Below are positions 19,397 through 28,756 of a stretch of 64,000 bases of DNA, piece by piece. Every line of letters starts with the position of its first letter. Positions within the stretch are counted from its first letter, which is position 1. Source of the stretch: Isoptericola sp. BMS4 (GTDB lineage Bacteria; Actinomycetota; Actinomycetes; Actinomycetales; Cellulomonadaceae). The DNA lies in the NCBI RefSeq assembly GCF_011634835.1, contig NZ_SIRP01000001.1, forward strand, positions 4,099,092 through 4,163,091, written 5' to 3'. A program made the translations under genes and the position numbers. Under the pieces are notes generated by a model. It was not told where the DNA came from. It saw only the letters and a list, made by a program, of their open reading frames with translations, and did no database searches.

Positions 19397-20595
19397 CAGG
19401 CGCCTCCGAAGTTGCGCAGGTTGCCGCGCACGACGTCGTCACGCGCGGCGCCGTACGGGTCGCCGGGCTCGTCGCCGGGCTCGGGCGCGGCCGGCCCGGC
19501 GGCGGGACGCCACGCCCGCGGGTCGTCGAGCGGGCGCTCGGCGGTGCCGAGGTCGACGACGTCGGCCCGCTCGCGCAGCGCGGCGAGGAACGCCGCGATG
19601 CGCTCGTCGGGCGCGTCGAGCTCGACGGTCAGCGACCCGAAGGGCCGGTCGCCGACCTCGCTGATGCCGCCGTACACGACCGCGCCGTCGACCTCGTGCT
19701 CGCGCAGCAGCCGGAACAGGTCCGTGCCGGTGCTCGCGCCCTCGCGGACGCCGACGGTGACCAGTCGGCCGGGGTGCCGCTCGCGCAGACGGGCGAGGGC
19801 CTCCGGAGAGGGCCGGTCGTGCAGGGCCGTCCCGACGAACCGCTGCGCGGCGTCCGCCTGCGGCGCGGCGAAGACGTCGTACACGTCGCCGAGCTCGACC
19901 ACGCGCCCCTGCTCCATCACCGCGACCCGGTCGCAGATCGACCGCACCACGTCCATCTCGTGCGTGATCACGACGATCGTGATCCCCAGCTCGGCGTTCA
20001 CACGCCGCAGCAGACCGAGCACGTCGCGGGTCGTCTCGGGGTCGAGGGCCGACGTCGCCTCGTCGGCGAGCAGGATGGTGGGCGACGTCGCGAGCGCCCG
20101 GGCGATGCCCACGCGCTGCTTCTGCCCGCCGGAGAGCTGCCGCGGGTACGCCTTCGCCTTGTCGGCCAGGCCCACGAAATCGAGCAGCTCGGCCACCCGC
20201 GCCGCCCGCTTCTCCCTGGGCCAGCGCGCCACCCTCAGCGGGTAGGCGACGTTCCCCGCCACGGTGCGCGACGTCAGCAGGTTGAACTGCTGGAAGATCA
20301 TGCCGATCCGCGCACGCACGCCGCGCAACCGCCGCTCCGGCAGCGCGGTGAGGTCCGCGCCCTCCACGAGCACCTGACCCGCCGTCGCCGTCTCGAGCGC
20401 GTTGACCAGCCGCACGAGCGTCGACTTGCCGGCGCCGGAGTACCCGATGACGCCGAAGATCTCGCCCGCGCGCACGGTCAGCGAGACGTCGTCGACGGCG
20501 CGCACCGCGCCGTCTCCCTCGCCGAAGGCCTTCGACACACCGCGCAGCTCGATCACGGGCGTGCCCGCCCCTGCCCCGACCCTGCTCTCGCTCAC
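19396..20595 (-). CDS. metN: Methionine ABC transporter ATP-binding protein with a C-terminal NIL domain (GTG start)
   Basis: GYSGAGKSTL, LSGGQKQRVGIARAL, ILLADEATSALD, plus a C-terminal NIL/ACT-like regulatory domain. Confidence 0.9.
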   Translation of the reverse strand: MSESRVGAGAGTPVIELRGVSKAFGEGDGAVRAVDDVSLTVRAGEIFGVIGYSGAGKSTLVRLVNALETATAGQVLVEGADLTALPERRLRGVRARIGMIFQQFNLLTSRTVAGNVAYPLRVARWPREKRAARVAELLDFVGLADKAKAYPRQLSGGQKQRVGIARALATSPTILLADEATSALDPETTRDVLGLLRRVNAELGITIVVITHEMDVVRSICDRVAVMEQGRVVELGDVYDVFAAPQADAAQRFVGTALHDRPSPEALARLRERHPGRLVTVGVREGASTGTDLFRLLREHEVDGAVVYGGISEVGDRPFGSLTVELDAPDERIAAFLAALRERADVVDLGTAERPLDDPRAWRPAAGPAAPEPGDEPGDPYGAARDDVVRGNLRNFGGA

Positions 20596-20682
20596 CTGGT
20601 TCGTCCTCTCGTCGCGCCGCCATCCCGCACAGCGCCGCGGCCGGGGTGCGCGGGCTCGCCCGCCCACCCCGGCCGCAGCGGC

Positions 20683-21588
20683 TCAGGAGGCGTCGCGGAT
20701 GTCGTCCTCGAGGCCGGTCAGGATCTCCTGGAGCTCCTGGGGCGAGTTGTCCTTAATGACGGCGGTGTCGCCGGAGGCCTCCTGCTCGGCAGCGACGACA
20801 TCGTCCGAGTGCGAGATCTCGACGAGCTTCTTCAGGTCCGGGTCGTCGGCGACCTCGGCGCGGGTCACCCACACGTTGATGTAGGGCTTGGCCGCGTCGG
20901 AGTCGGGGTCGTCCTGGAACAGCGCGTCGTCGGGGCTGAGCCCGGCGTCGTCGACGAAGTCGTTGTTCACCACCGACGCGTCGACCGACTGGAGCTGGAT
21001 CGGGGTCTGCTCCGCGGCCACCGGGGTCACGGTCACCTTCGAGCTCGGCAGCACGTCGGCCTCGGTCGAGACGGCGCTGCCGCCGTCCTCGAGCTCGACC
21101 AGGCCGGCGTCCTGGAGCACGAGGAGCGCCCGCGCGAGGTTGGTCGGGTCGTTCGGCACCGCGACCTCTCCGCCGTCGGGGATCTGCTCGAGCGAGTCGT
21201 GCTCGGTGGAGTAGAGGGCCAGCGGGTACACGGCGGTGGCGCCGATCGGCGTGAGGTCGTCGTCGGCGTCGACGTTGTAGCCCGCGAGAAACTGCAGGTG
21301 CTGGAACTGGTTGGCGTCGAGCTCGCCCTGCGACAGGGAGGGGTTGGCCTGGGTGTAGTCCTGCAGGTCGACGAGCTCGATCGTGAGGCCCCCGGCCTCG
21401 GCCTGCTCCTGGAAGACGGCCCACTTGTCGTCGGAGGCACCGACGACGCCGATGCGCAGGGTGCCGTCGCTCTCGGCCGAGCCGGAGCCACCGCAGGCGG
21501 TGAGGGCGAGCGTCGTGGCGGCGACGGCGGCGGTCACGGCGACCGCACGGGTGGTGCGGGCGGTCCGGGGGGTGGTGCTACGGGACAT
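20683..21588 (-). CDS. metQ: MetQ/NlpA family methionine-binding lipoprotein
   Basis: Lipobox LALTACGG and an NlpA-family solute-binding fold. It is the first gene of the metQNI operon. Confidence 0.85.
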   Translation of the reverse strand: MSRSTTPRTARTTRAVAVTAAVAATTLALTACGGSGSAESDGTLRIGVVGASDDKWAVFQEQAEAGGLTIELVDLQDYTQANPSLSQGELDANQFQHLQFLAGYNVDADDDLTPIGATAVYPLALYSTEHDSLEQIPDGGEVAVPNDPTNLARALLVLQDAGLVELEDGGSAVSTEADVLPSSKVTVTPVAAEQTPIQLQSVDASVVNNDFVDDAGLSPDDALFQDDPDSDAAKPYINVWVTRAEVADDPDLKKLVEISHSDDVVAAEQEASGDTAVIKDNSPQELQEILTGLEDDIRDAS

Positions 21589-22233
21589 CGGAGGTCCTTC
21601 CGGGCGGGCGCCGGGTGCGGCGCCGGAGAGGGCAGGCAGGGTGAGAGGGTCAGGAAGTGAGGCGGCGGCCACGGCCATCAGCTCGAGCCGGCGAGGAACA
21701 GGGTCCCGGGCGGACCGGGGCGACGACGACGTCGTCTGGGCACGATGCCGGTGAGGTCAGTCGAGCTCGCACATTCGACCCGCGGACACCGCGCGACAGC
21801 ACATCGCGCCGCGACGGCAGGTGCGCGCGGTCGTCGGTGCGGCGGGAGCGGTGCGGGGCATGGCCCCACAGGACCATCCGCGATCGACCTTCGCCAAGCG
21901 GGACGCCCGGGAATCTCGCTATGCGAGCCAAAATGCGTCCGCATCGCGAGAAGTGTGGCGTGGGCCACTCTCAGGGACGCAAAGGACCCCTCGCGCACCC
22001 ACCAGAGCTCACCTACCCTTGCTGCCTTCCGGCCCTGGGGGAGTTCGGCGAGATGATGCCGCACGAGGGGTCTGCCACCAGCCTAACCGAGACCCGCGCC
22101 GAGGAGAAAACCCGCGCCGCGCGCGGCGTCCCCGAGCGCGCCCGACCTGCCGATTTCCAGCCACCGGCCACCGTCCGGTAGGCTTCTGGGGCTGCCAGCG
22201 CACCGTTCTCGACGACGGGCGCCGGCTGCTCCA

Positions 22234-22318
22234 GGAGGATTCGCCTAGCGGCCTATGGCGCACGCTTGGAAAGCGTGTTGGGTTCACGCCCTCGGGGGTT
22301 CGAATCCCCCATCCTCCG
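22234..22318 (+). tRNA. tRNA-Ser (anticodon GGA)
   Basis: Acceptor stem GGAGGAT/ATCCTCC, 3-bp D-stem, anticodon loop TTGGAAA, long variable arm (class II), T-arm GGGGGTTCGAATCCCCC, discriminator G. CCA is not encoded. Confidence 0.85.
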
Positions 22319-22323
22319 CCGCA

Positions 22324-22362
22324 CGAAGGGGCCCGCACCGGTACGCCGGGGCGGGCCCCTTC
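22324..22362 (+). terminator. Hairpin immediately 3' of tRNA-Ser
   Basis: CGAAGGGGCCCGC-(13 nt)-GCGGGCCCCTTCG, 13-bp arms. Confidence 0.4.
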
Positions 22363-22376
22363 GCCGTCCCGGCCCC

Positions 22377-22463
22377 GATGCCGAACATGGCCCCCCTCGA
22401 TGCCGAACATGTGGTTGGTCCGGAACTCGGGGTTCCAGATCCGGACCAACCACATGTTCGGCA
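22377..22463. repeat. Palindromic repeat family A, copy 1 (24-bp perfect arms TGCCGAACATGTGGTTGGTCCGGA / TCCGGACCAACCACATGTTCGGCA with a 15-nt spacer, plus a partial extra arm)
   Basis: Perfect inverted repeat; related copies lie at 23301-23380 and 36464-36549. Confidence 0.6.
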
Positions 22464-22513
22464 GCCCGCCGAGGACCGAATTCTGATGGCGGCCCCTGCA
22501 CCGCCCGGCGACG

Positions 22514-23296
22514 ATGGCGCTCATGGACCGATCGTTCGACGAGCTCGTCGCCGAGGCAGTGGCCGCCCCGATGTCCGGCTGGGACTTCGGCTGGCTCGAG
22601 GGCCGCGCCACCGAGGAGCGCCCGTCGTGGGGCTACGCCGGCCTGCTGCACGCACGGCTCGCCACCGTCGACGCCGCCCTCGACCTGCAGACGGGCGGCG
22701 GCGAGGTGCTCGCCGCCGCCCCCGAGCTCCCCCGCCTGGCCGTCGCGACCGAGGGATGGCCGCCGAACGTCGCGGCCGCGACCGCGCTCCTGCACCCCCG
22801 TGGTGTCGCCGTCGTCGCGCACGACGACTCCGGGCCCGACCCCGCCCCGCTGCCGTTCGCCGACGCCGCGTTCGACCTCGTGACCAGCCGCCACCCCGTG
22901 GTGCCGCGGTGGGCCGAGATCGCCCGCGTGCTGCGACCCGGCGGCACCTACCTCGCGCAGCACGTCGGCCCTGCGAGCGTGTTCGAGCTGGTCGAGCACT
23001 TCCTCGGGCCGCAGCCCGACGAGGTGCGTCGCGGCCGGCACCCCGACGACGAGGTCGCCGCCGCGCGGGAGGCCGGGCTGGAGCTCGTCGACCTGCGCGC
23101 CGAACGGCTCCGGGTCGAGTTCCGTGACGTCGGCGCCGTCGTGTGGTTCCTGCGCAAGGTCGTGTGGTTGGTCCCGGGGTTCACCGTGGACGCCTACCGG
23201 CCCGCGCTGCACACCCTCCACGACCTGATCCGCACGGAGGGCCCGTTCGTCGCGCACTCCGCACGACACCTCGTGGAGCTGCGCCGCCCTGCGTGA
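22514..23296 (+). CDS. Class I SAM-dependent methyltransferase
   Basis: MALMDRSFDEL...LDLQTGGGEV (SAM motif I)...GGTYLAQHVGP. Confidence 0.8.
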   Translation: MALMDRSFDELVAEAVAAPMSGWDFGWLEGRATEERPSWGYAGLLHARLATVDAALDLQTGGGEVLAAAPELPRLAVATEGWPPNVAAATALLHPRGVAVVAHDDSGPDPAPLPFADAAFDLVTSRHPVVPRWAEIARVLRPGGTYLAQHVGPASVFELVEHFLGPQPDEVRRGRHPDDEVAAAREAGLELVDLRAERLRVEFRDVGAVVWFLRKVVWLVPGFTVDAYRPALHTLHDLIRTEGPFVAHSARHLVELRRPA

Positions 23297-23300
23297 ACCC

Positions 23301-23380
23301 ACCATGCCCTCCCTCGACGCCGACCATGTGGTAGAGCAGGCATTCCGTCCCTGAGTCCCTGATCAACCACATGTTCGGCA
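23301..23380. repeat. Palindromic repeat family A, copy 2 (degenerate left arm)
   Basis: ACCATGCCCTCCCTCGACGCCGACCATGTGGT...TGATCAACCACATGTTCGGCA, starting immediately after the methyltransferase stop. Confidence 0.5.
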
Positions 23381-23425
23381 CCGGTGTGCGGACGGTCCCG
23401 ACCGTGGACGGCTTCACCCCCTACG

Positions 23426-23731
23426 ATGGCGCGCATGATCTTCAAGGCCGTGGGGGACGGTCGCCCGTACCCCGACCACGGGCACGTGCGTGCCAAGGAC
23501 TGGGTGGACGTGCCCCCGCGGCAGGTCCGCCTCGACGAGCTCGTGACGACCAAGCGCACGCTCGACCTCGACCACCTGCTCGCCGAGGACTCCACGTTCT
23601 TCGGCGACCTGTTCGCCCACGTCGTCGAGTACCAGGGCACGCTCTACCTCGAGGACGGCCTGCACCGCGCCGTGCGCGCCGCGCTGCAGCAGCGCCCGGT
23701 GCTGCACGCTCGCGTGCTCACGGTCCGGTGA
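23426..23731 (+). CDS. Conserved hypothetical protein (101 aa)
   Basis: In-frame ATG with a non-repetitive composition (MARMIFKAVGDGRPYPDHGHVRAKDWVDVPP...). No family was recognised. Confidence 0.45.
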   Translation: MARMIFKAVGDGRPYPDHGHVRAKDWVDVPPRQVRLDELVTTKRTLDLDHLLAEDSTFFGDLFAHVVEYQGTLYLEDGLHRAVRAALQQRPVLHARVLTVR

Positions 23732-23786
23732 CCGAGACCACGCGCCCGGAACGGCCCGCCCACGTGAACTCAGGTAGTTTCTTCGC

Positions 23787-24431
23787 GTGACATCACCAGC
23801 CCAGGAACCGGCACGCTCGGCTCGCCGACGGCGTGAGCACGAGCGGCAGGCCGTCGTCTTCGGGCTCCTCATCACGGCTCTGCTGGTCGCGGCGGTCGGG
23901 GCGCTGGCCGCCTACACCGGCGCGCTCCACACGCCCTTCTCGCGGCCGATCTACACCCCGGCCGCCGCCGCACCGCAGCCCGAGCCCTGCCTGCCGCCCG
24001 TCGACGGCCAGCCCGACGGCGCGCTGCCGGTGTCGTACGACAACACCCGGGTGCGGGTCTTCAACGCGTCGGAGACCATCGGCATCGCCAGCGCGAACGC
24101 CGAGGTGCTCGCAGAGCGCGGCTTCGACGTCGTCTCGACGGGCAACATGAGCACCACGATGGAGGCGACCCAGCTGCGTTTCGGGGTCAAGGGCATCACA
24201 CGCGCGTACACCCTGGCCGCGCAGTACCCCGACCTGCGGCTGGTGCTCGACGACCGCACCGGCAACGTCGTCGACATGCTCATCGGCGACCACAACAGCC
24301 CGCCCCTGCAGGAGGACCAGGTGCTGCTCACCGCCGACACCCCCATGCAGGACGTCCAGGGCTGCCTCCCGGCCGACGAGATCACCCCGATCCCGCGCGA
24401 GAAGCCTCAGACCAGCGCCGAGTACAACTGA
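23787..24431 (+). CDS. LytR_C (LytR/CpsA/Psr C-terminal) domain membrane-anchored protein
   Basis: N-terminal Arg-rich segment plus one transmembrane helix, then RVRVFNASETIGIASANAEVLAERGFDVVSTGN...GDHNSP (LytR_C fold). Confidence 0.6.
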   Translation: MTSPAQEPARSARRRREHERQAVVFGLLITALLVAAVGALAAYTGALHTPFSRPIYTPAAAAPQPEPCLPPVDGQPDGALPVSYDNTRVRVFNASETIGIASANAEVLAERGFDVVSTGNMSTTMEATQLRFGVKGITRAYTLAAQYPDLRLVLDDRTGNVVDMLIGDHNSPPLQEDQVLLTADTPMQDVQGCLPADEITPIPREKPQTSAEYN

Positions 24432-24433
24432 CG

Positions 24434-25798
24434 TCAGCCCTCGCGCCCGGCCTCGTCCCCGGCGGGCACGGAGGCCGGCGACGCCGGCTCGTGGGAGGTG
24501 CCCCGCCAGCGGGCGATCCCCCGCATGCCGTGGAAGATCACCAGGGCCGACGCCGTCCCCAGGGCGATGCCCTCGAACGCCAGGTCGCCGACCGTCCACG
24601 AGTAGTTCGCGATGCCGACGACCAGCGGTACGGCCGCCGTCGTGAGGTTCACCGGGTCGGAGAAGTCCACGCGGTTCTGCACCCAGATGCGCGCGCCGAG
24701 GATGCCGATCATCCCGTACAGCATGGTCGTCGCGCCGCCCAGCACGCCCGCCGGGATCGTCGCGATGAGCGCCCCGAACTTCGGTGACATCGACAGCACG
24801 AGCGCCGTCGCCGCCGCCACCCAGTACGCGGCCGTCGAGTACACCCGGGTCGCGGCCATGACGCCGATGTTCTCGGCGTACGTCGTGGTGCCGGAGCCGC
24901 CGCCCACCCCCGCGAACGTCGTCGCCAGGCCGTCGCTCAGCAGCGCCCGGCCCGTGAGGCGGTCGAGGTTGCGGCCCGTCATCGCCGCCACCGACTTCAC
25001 GTGCCCGACGTTCTCCGCGATCAGCACGAGGACGACCGGCACGAACAGCCCCAGGACAGACGGCTCGAACGACGGGGTGACGAAGTGCGGGAACCCGACC
25101 CACGACGCCTCGCGCACCGACGAGAAGTCCACCTCGCCGCGGATCATCGCCACGACGTAGCCGACGAGCACGCCCACCAGGATCGACAGTCGGCCCAGGA
25201 TGCCCTTGAACAGGACCGTGACCAGGAGGATCGCCGCCAGCGTGATCGCCGCCGTCACGGGCGCGGCGCGGAACCCGCTGTCGCAGGTCTGGACGATCTG
25301 ACCGTCGACGACGGACTCCGTGCAGGTCCCCCACGCCGCCGGGGCGAGGTTCAGCCCGATGAGCGCGACGATCGTGCCCGTGACCACCGGCGGCATGACG
25401 ACGTCGATCCACCGCGCGCCCGCGAAGTGCACCAGCACGCCGACCCCTGCCAGCACCAACCCCGTGGCGAGGATGCCGCCGACGGCGACCGACTCCCCGT
25501 GCGACGCCGTCGCCGCGATGATCGGCGCGATGAACGCGAAGCTGGACCCGAGGTAGCTGGGCAGCCGGTTGCGCGTGATCAGCAGGAACAGCGCCGTGCC
25601 GATCGCCGAGAAGAACAGCGTCGTGGCGGGCGAGAAGCCGGTGAGCAGCGGCACCAGGAACGTCGAGCCGAACATGGCCACGACGTGCTGCATGCCGATG
25701 CCGACCGTGCGCGGCCAGCTCAGCCGCTCCTCGGGCGCGACGACGTCGCCCGGTCCGATGCGGGTGCCGTCTCCGTGCAGGGTCCAGCCGAGGCTCAT
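24434..25798 (-). CDS. NCS2 family nucleobase (uracil/xanthine-type) permease
   Basis: GMQHVVAMFGSTFLVPLLTG...TFAGVGGGSGTTTYAENIGVMAATRVYS, with about 12 transmembrane segments. Confidence 0.85.
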   Translation of the reverse strand: MSLGWTLHGDGTRIGPGDVVAPEERLSWPRTVGIGMQHVVAMFGSTFLVPLLTGFSPATTLFFSAIGTALFLLITRNRLPSYLGSSFAFIAPIIAATASHGESVAVGGILATGLVLAGVGVLVHFAGARWIDVVMPPVVTGTIVALIGLNLAPAAWGTCTESVVDGQIVQTCDSGFRAAPVTAAITLAAILLVTVLFKGILGRLSILVGVLVGYVVAMIRGEVDFSSVREASWVGFPHFVTPSFEPSVLGLFVPVVLVLIAENVGHVKSVAAMTGRNLDRLTGRALLSDGLATTFAGVGGGSGTTTYAENIGVMAATRVYSTAAYWVAAATALVLSMSPKFGALIATIPAGVLGGATTMLYGMIGILGARIWVQNRVDFSDPVNLTTAAVPLVVGIANYSWTVGDLAFEGIALGTASALVIFHGMRGIARWRGTSHEPASPASVPAGDEAGREG

Positions 25799-26020
25799 GG
25801 TGCTCCGTCCGTCGGGCCCGGGATGACGGGCCGTGCTCGCCGTCGCCGCTCGCCCGTGAACGTCCGACGCAGATTGCCGCCGCACAGCGTAGCGGCACGC
25901 CCCCTCCGGGCCGACACCTCGGCCGGGGCTGCCGGGCCGAAACCTCGGCCAGGGCCGTGAGGTCGGCAGGCCCTCGTCATGGTTCTCTCACGGACCGACT
26001 CGCTCACGCCCCTGCCCGGT

Positions 26021-28756
26021 TCAGGTCAGGCGGTCGACTACCTGCAGCCGGTGGCCGATGAGGGCGAGGTTCTGGATGGTGGCGAGGCTGCACTGGGCGG
26101 CGTCGTTGGTGGACAGGGTCCTGGCCTCGTCGACGGGCGCGAGGACGGCGGGCGGGTCGATGCGGACCGGGTGGAACGCCTCCTCCCCCATGAACTCGCC
26201 GCCGTCGTAGTAGGCGCGCCAGGCGCGGTCCGCCAGCCCGTCGTCGCCGAGCCGGTGCGCGGCGTAGGCCGCGAGCCGGGAGTGCGCCTGCTCCAGGTTC
26301 GTGCCCGTCAGCGCCGTGCCGACCTCGGCCTCCTGCTCGGCGGGGGTGGCGAGGTAGAGGCGGCAGTACTGCAGCCAGGCCTCACGGAAGCCCGGCGCCT
26401 CGACCAGCCCGGCGTCGACCAGCGACACGAGCTCGGAGCAGATCTCGACCAGGCCGAAGACGGCGGACAGGTGCGAGACGACGACGCGGTCGCGGGTGGT
26501 GTCGAAGCGCCCGGTGTCGAGGTCGTACAGCGCCTCCCCAGTGAGGAAGCCGCGCGGCAGGGCGCCGATGTCGGTCATGGTGCCGACCAACCGGTCGCGG
26601 GAGTGCTCGTTGCCGGTGATCTCCCAGTCCGCGAGCCAGGTCGCGGCCAGCGCGCTCCAGTCGGTGCCCAGCCCGACGGCGAGGGCGTCGCGGCGCGGGC
26701 GGTAGGTGGCGGCGTCGGGCCGCACCTTGCGCGTGGGGTCGAGCCCCAGGAAGTTCCGGTCGGAGTCGCGCAGCTCCAGCATGAGGTCGCGCGTGTGCTC
26801 GTCGCCGGTGAGGAAGTAGTGCGGCCGCCGGTACGCGGGCGTCGAGATGCGCACCTGCTTGGCGCTGCACCCCCAGTGCTGCACGTTGTGCCGGCTGCCG
26901 AGGCCCTGCCACGGGCCGGCGTGGTAGACGTCCACGTCGCCCGTGTGGCGGGTCATGCGCTCCGCGAGCCGGAACACGTCCGCCCGGCCGGTGCGCAGGA
27001 ACGACGTCCACAGCCACAGGTCCGGCGACAGCTCCGAGTTGTCCCACGCGTACCCGCCGACGTCGTAGCGCCAGGTGTGCCGGTCGGGGTCGTAGGCGTG
27101 CATCACGTCGCCGTGGTTCCAGAAGCCGTACCACGACCGCTGGTCCACCTGGCCGACGTAGAAGTCGAGCAGGGTCTCGAGGCGGTCCTCGAGCCCGGCC
27201 CGCTCCGGCGTGCCACGGTCCACGAGGTCCCAGTCGCCCAGGACGCCGGTGCCGTGCAGCGCCTCGGGCGTCGGGACGAGCTGCGGGCGGACGGCGGTTC
27301 CCGCGGCGAGCCGGGCGAGCGTCCCGGCGTCCGGGGTGCCGGGGCAGGCGGTGACGGTCAGCTCGTGGGTGCGGCCGATGCCGTGCGCGCTGCCGAACCC
27401 GGGCTCGTAGTCCTCGTACGTGATCTCGAGGGCGTCGAGCTGGTCGTCGTACGTGTCCTGCCCGAGGCCGTCGTGGTAGAAGCGCAGGTCCATGGGCGCC
27501 GCGTCGGGCGACCAGAGCCACGTCGTCAGCGTGCCGACGTCGGACGACGCCCCCTCGACGTCGATCCCGGTGGGGTGCGACTGCCAGAAGCCGGTGAGCC
27601 CGACGGCGAGCCCGCCGCCGGTGTCGCCGAGGTAGCCGAGCCCCTCGGACCGCGTGCCCTGGGCGACGTCGATCCACGGGCGGTCCGGCGCGGTGCGCTT
27701 GTGCACCGTGAAGCCGTGCGCGGTGGGCTGGCGCAGCGACCAGTCCGACCAGGTGGGCACCCACCGCAGCCGGTCGGAGACGCGCGTGTCCCACGTGTCC
27801 AGGGGCGGGGCGGGCCGGCCCGCGACCTGGGCGGCGCGGACGTCGGCGCCCGGGTCGCGGCGCAGCCCCGTCACCCCCTGGACGGCCTCGCTCAGGACAC
27901 CGCCGTCCGCGCCGGCGAGGCGCACGTGCCGGTCGTACGGGGCGGCGCGCAGCGGGACGTCGAACCGCAGGCCGAGCGACGACAGGAAGTCGCGCTCGGG
28001 GTCGCCGTCCCAGACGAACGAGTGCACCACACGGAACGTCGGCGCCCCGGCCGCGAGCACGAGCCGCACGGTGAACGGCAGCCAGCCGGGCGCGCCGTCG
28101 TCGTGGGACGACGCCACGTCGCGGTGCAGGCCGGTGATCCGCACGACGGCGCGCACCGGCCCGGCCTGCTCGACGACGACGTCGTCCACCACCCCGACGG
28201 CGTCGCGGCGGGCGCGGTGGTCGGGCTCCGGGTGGTCCTGCCGGCTGGAGACGAAGCGGCCCGCGCGGGCGACCTCGACCCGCTCGTGCGCCGCGCCGAC
28301 CTGCACGGAGCGCACCACGTCCGGCCCGGAGCGTCCGACCACGACGACGCACGCGCCGGTGTCGACGACCACCTCGTCGGCGCGCTCGGCGACCGTGGCC
28401 CGAGGGCCGGCGTCGGCGTCCTCCGTCGCGCCACCGGTCACCCGGTACGACGCGCTCGCCGGCGCCGTCGCGCCCAGCGCCACGCCCGCCCACTTGACAC
28501 TGCCGTCGGGCCAGGTCGCCAGCGGCCAGGTCTGCGCCGCCGCGGGGGCGCCGTCGGCGTCCACGACGGCGAGGGTGCCGGCGTCGCGCACCGCGCCCGG
28601 GCGCAGCGGGACACCGCAGGTGACGCCGCCCAGGGTCAGGTCGGGCGCGACGTCGTCGAGCCAGCGCAGGGGGACGTCGACGCCGTCCCGGGGACGGCCG
28701 TCGGCAGGGCTGTCCTCGTCGGTGCGGGTACCGGTCGGGAGCGTGGTGGTGGTCAT
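26021..28756 (-). CDS. Large YetA-like protein (911 aa), putative polysaccharide-active enzyme of the rhamnogalacturonan-type cluster
   Basis: Resembles Bacillus YetA-family proteins. It is last in the operon with DUF1961, SGNH and sugar ABC genes. Start ATG is MTTTTLPTG. Confidence 0.55.
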   Translation of the reverse strand: MTTTTLPTGTRTDEDSPADGRPRDGVDVPLRWLDDVAPDLTLGGVTCGVPLRPGAVRDAGTLAVVDADGAPAAAQTWPLATWPDGSVKWAGVALGATAPASASYRVTGGATEDADAGPRATVAERADEVVVDTGACVVVVGRSGPDVVRSVQVGAAHERVEVARAGRFVSSRQDHPEPDHRARRDAVGVVDDVVVEQAGPVRAVVRITGLHRDVASSHDDGAPGWLPFTVRLVLAAGAPTFRVVHSFVWDGDPERDFLSSLGLRFDVPLRAAPYDRHVRLAGADGGVLSEAVQGVTGLRRDPGADVRAAQVAGRPAPPLDTWDTRVSDRLRWVPTWSDWSLRQPTAHGFTVHKRTAPDRPWIDVAQGTRSEGLGYLGDTGGGLAVGLTGFWQSHPTGIDVEGASSDVGTLTTWLWSPDAAPMDLRFYHDGLGQDTYDDQLDALEITYEDYEPGFGSAHGIGRTHELTVTACPGTPDAGTLARLAAGTAVRPQLVPTPEALHGTGVLGDWDLVDRGTPERAGLEDRLETLLDFYVGQVDQRSWYGFWNHGDVMHAYDPDRHTWRYDVGGYAWDNSELSPDLWLWTSFLRTGRADVFRLAERMTRHTGDVDVYHAGPWQGLGSRHNVQHWGCSAKQVRISTPAYRRPHYFLTGDEHTRDLMLELRDSDRNFLGLDPTRKVRPDAATYRPRRDALAVGLGTDWSALAATWLADWEITGNEHSRDRLVGTMTDIGALPRGFLTGEALYDLDTGRFDTTRDRVVVSHLSAVFGLVEICSELVSLVDAGLVEAPGFREAWLQYCRLYLATPAEQEAEVGTALTGTNLEQAHSRLAAYAAHRLGDDGLADRAWRAYYDGGEFMGEEAFHPVRIDPPAVLAPVDEARTLSTNDAAQCSLATIQNLALIGHRLQVVDRLT

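Noticed and set aside
21657-22181. ORF 21657..22181 (+, 174 aa) and others in the metQ upstream region
   Set aside because: Arg-rich, no RBS, no domain. The region is better explained as a non-coding leader or ncRNA.
22381-22486. Short ORFs encoding PNMWLVR...TNHMFG-like peptides on both strands at 22400-22470, 23330-23385 and 36480-36550
   Set aside because: They are mirror-image translations of the palindromic family A repeat, not genes.
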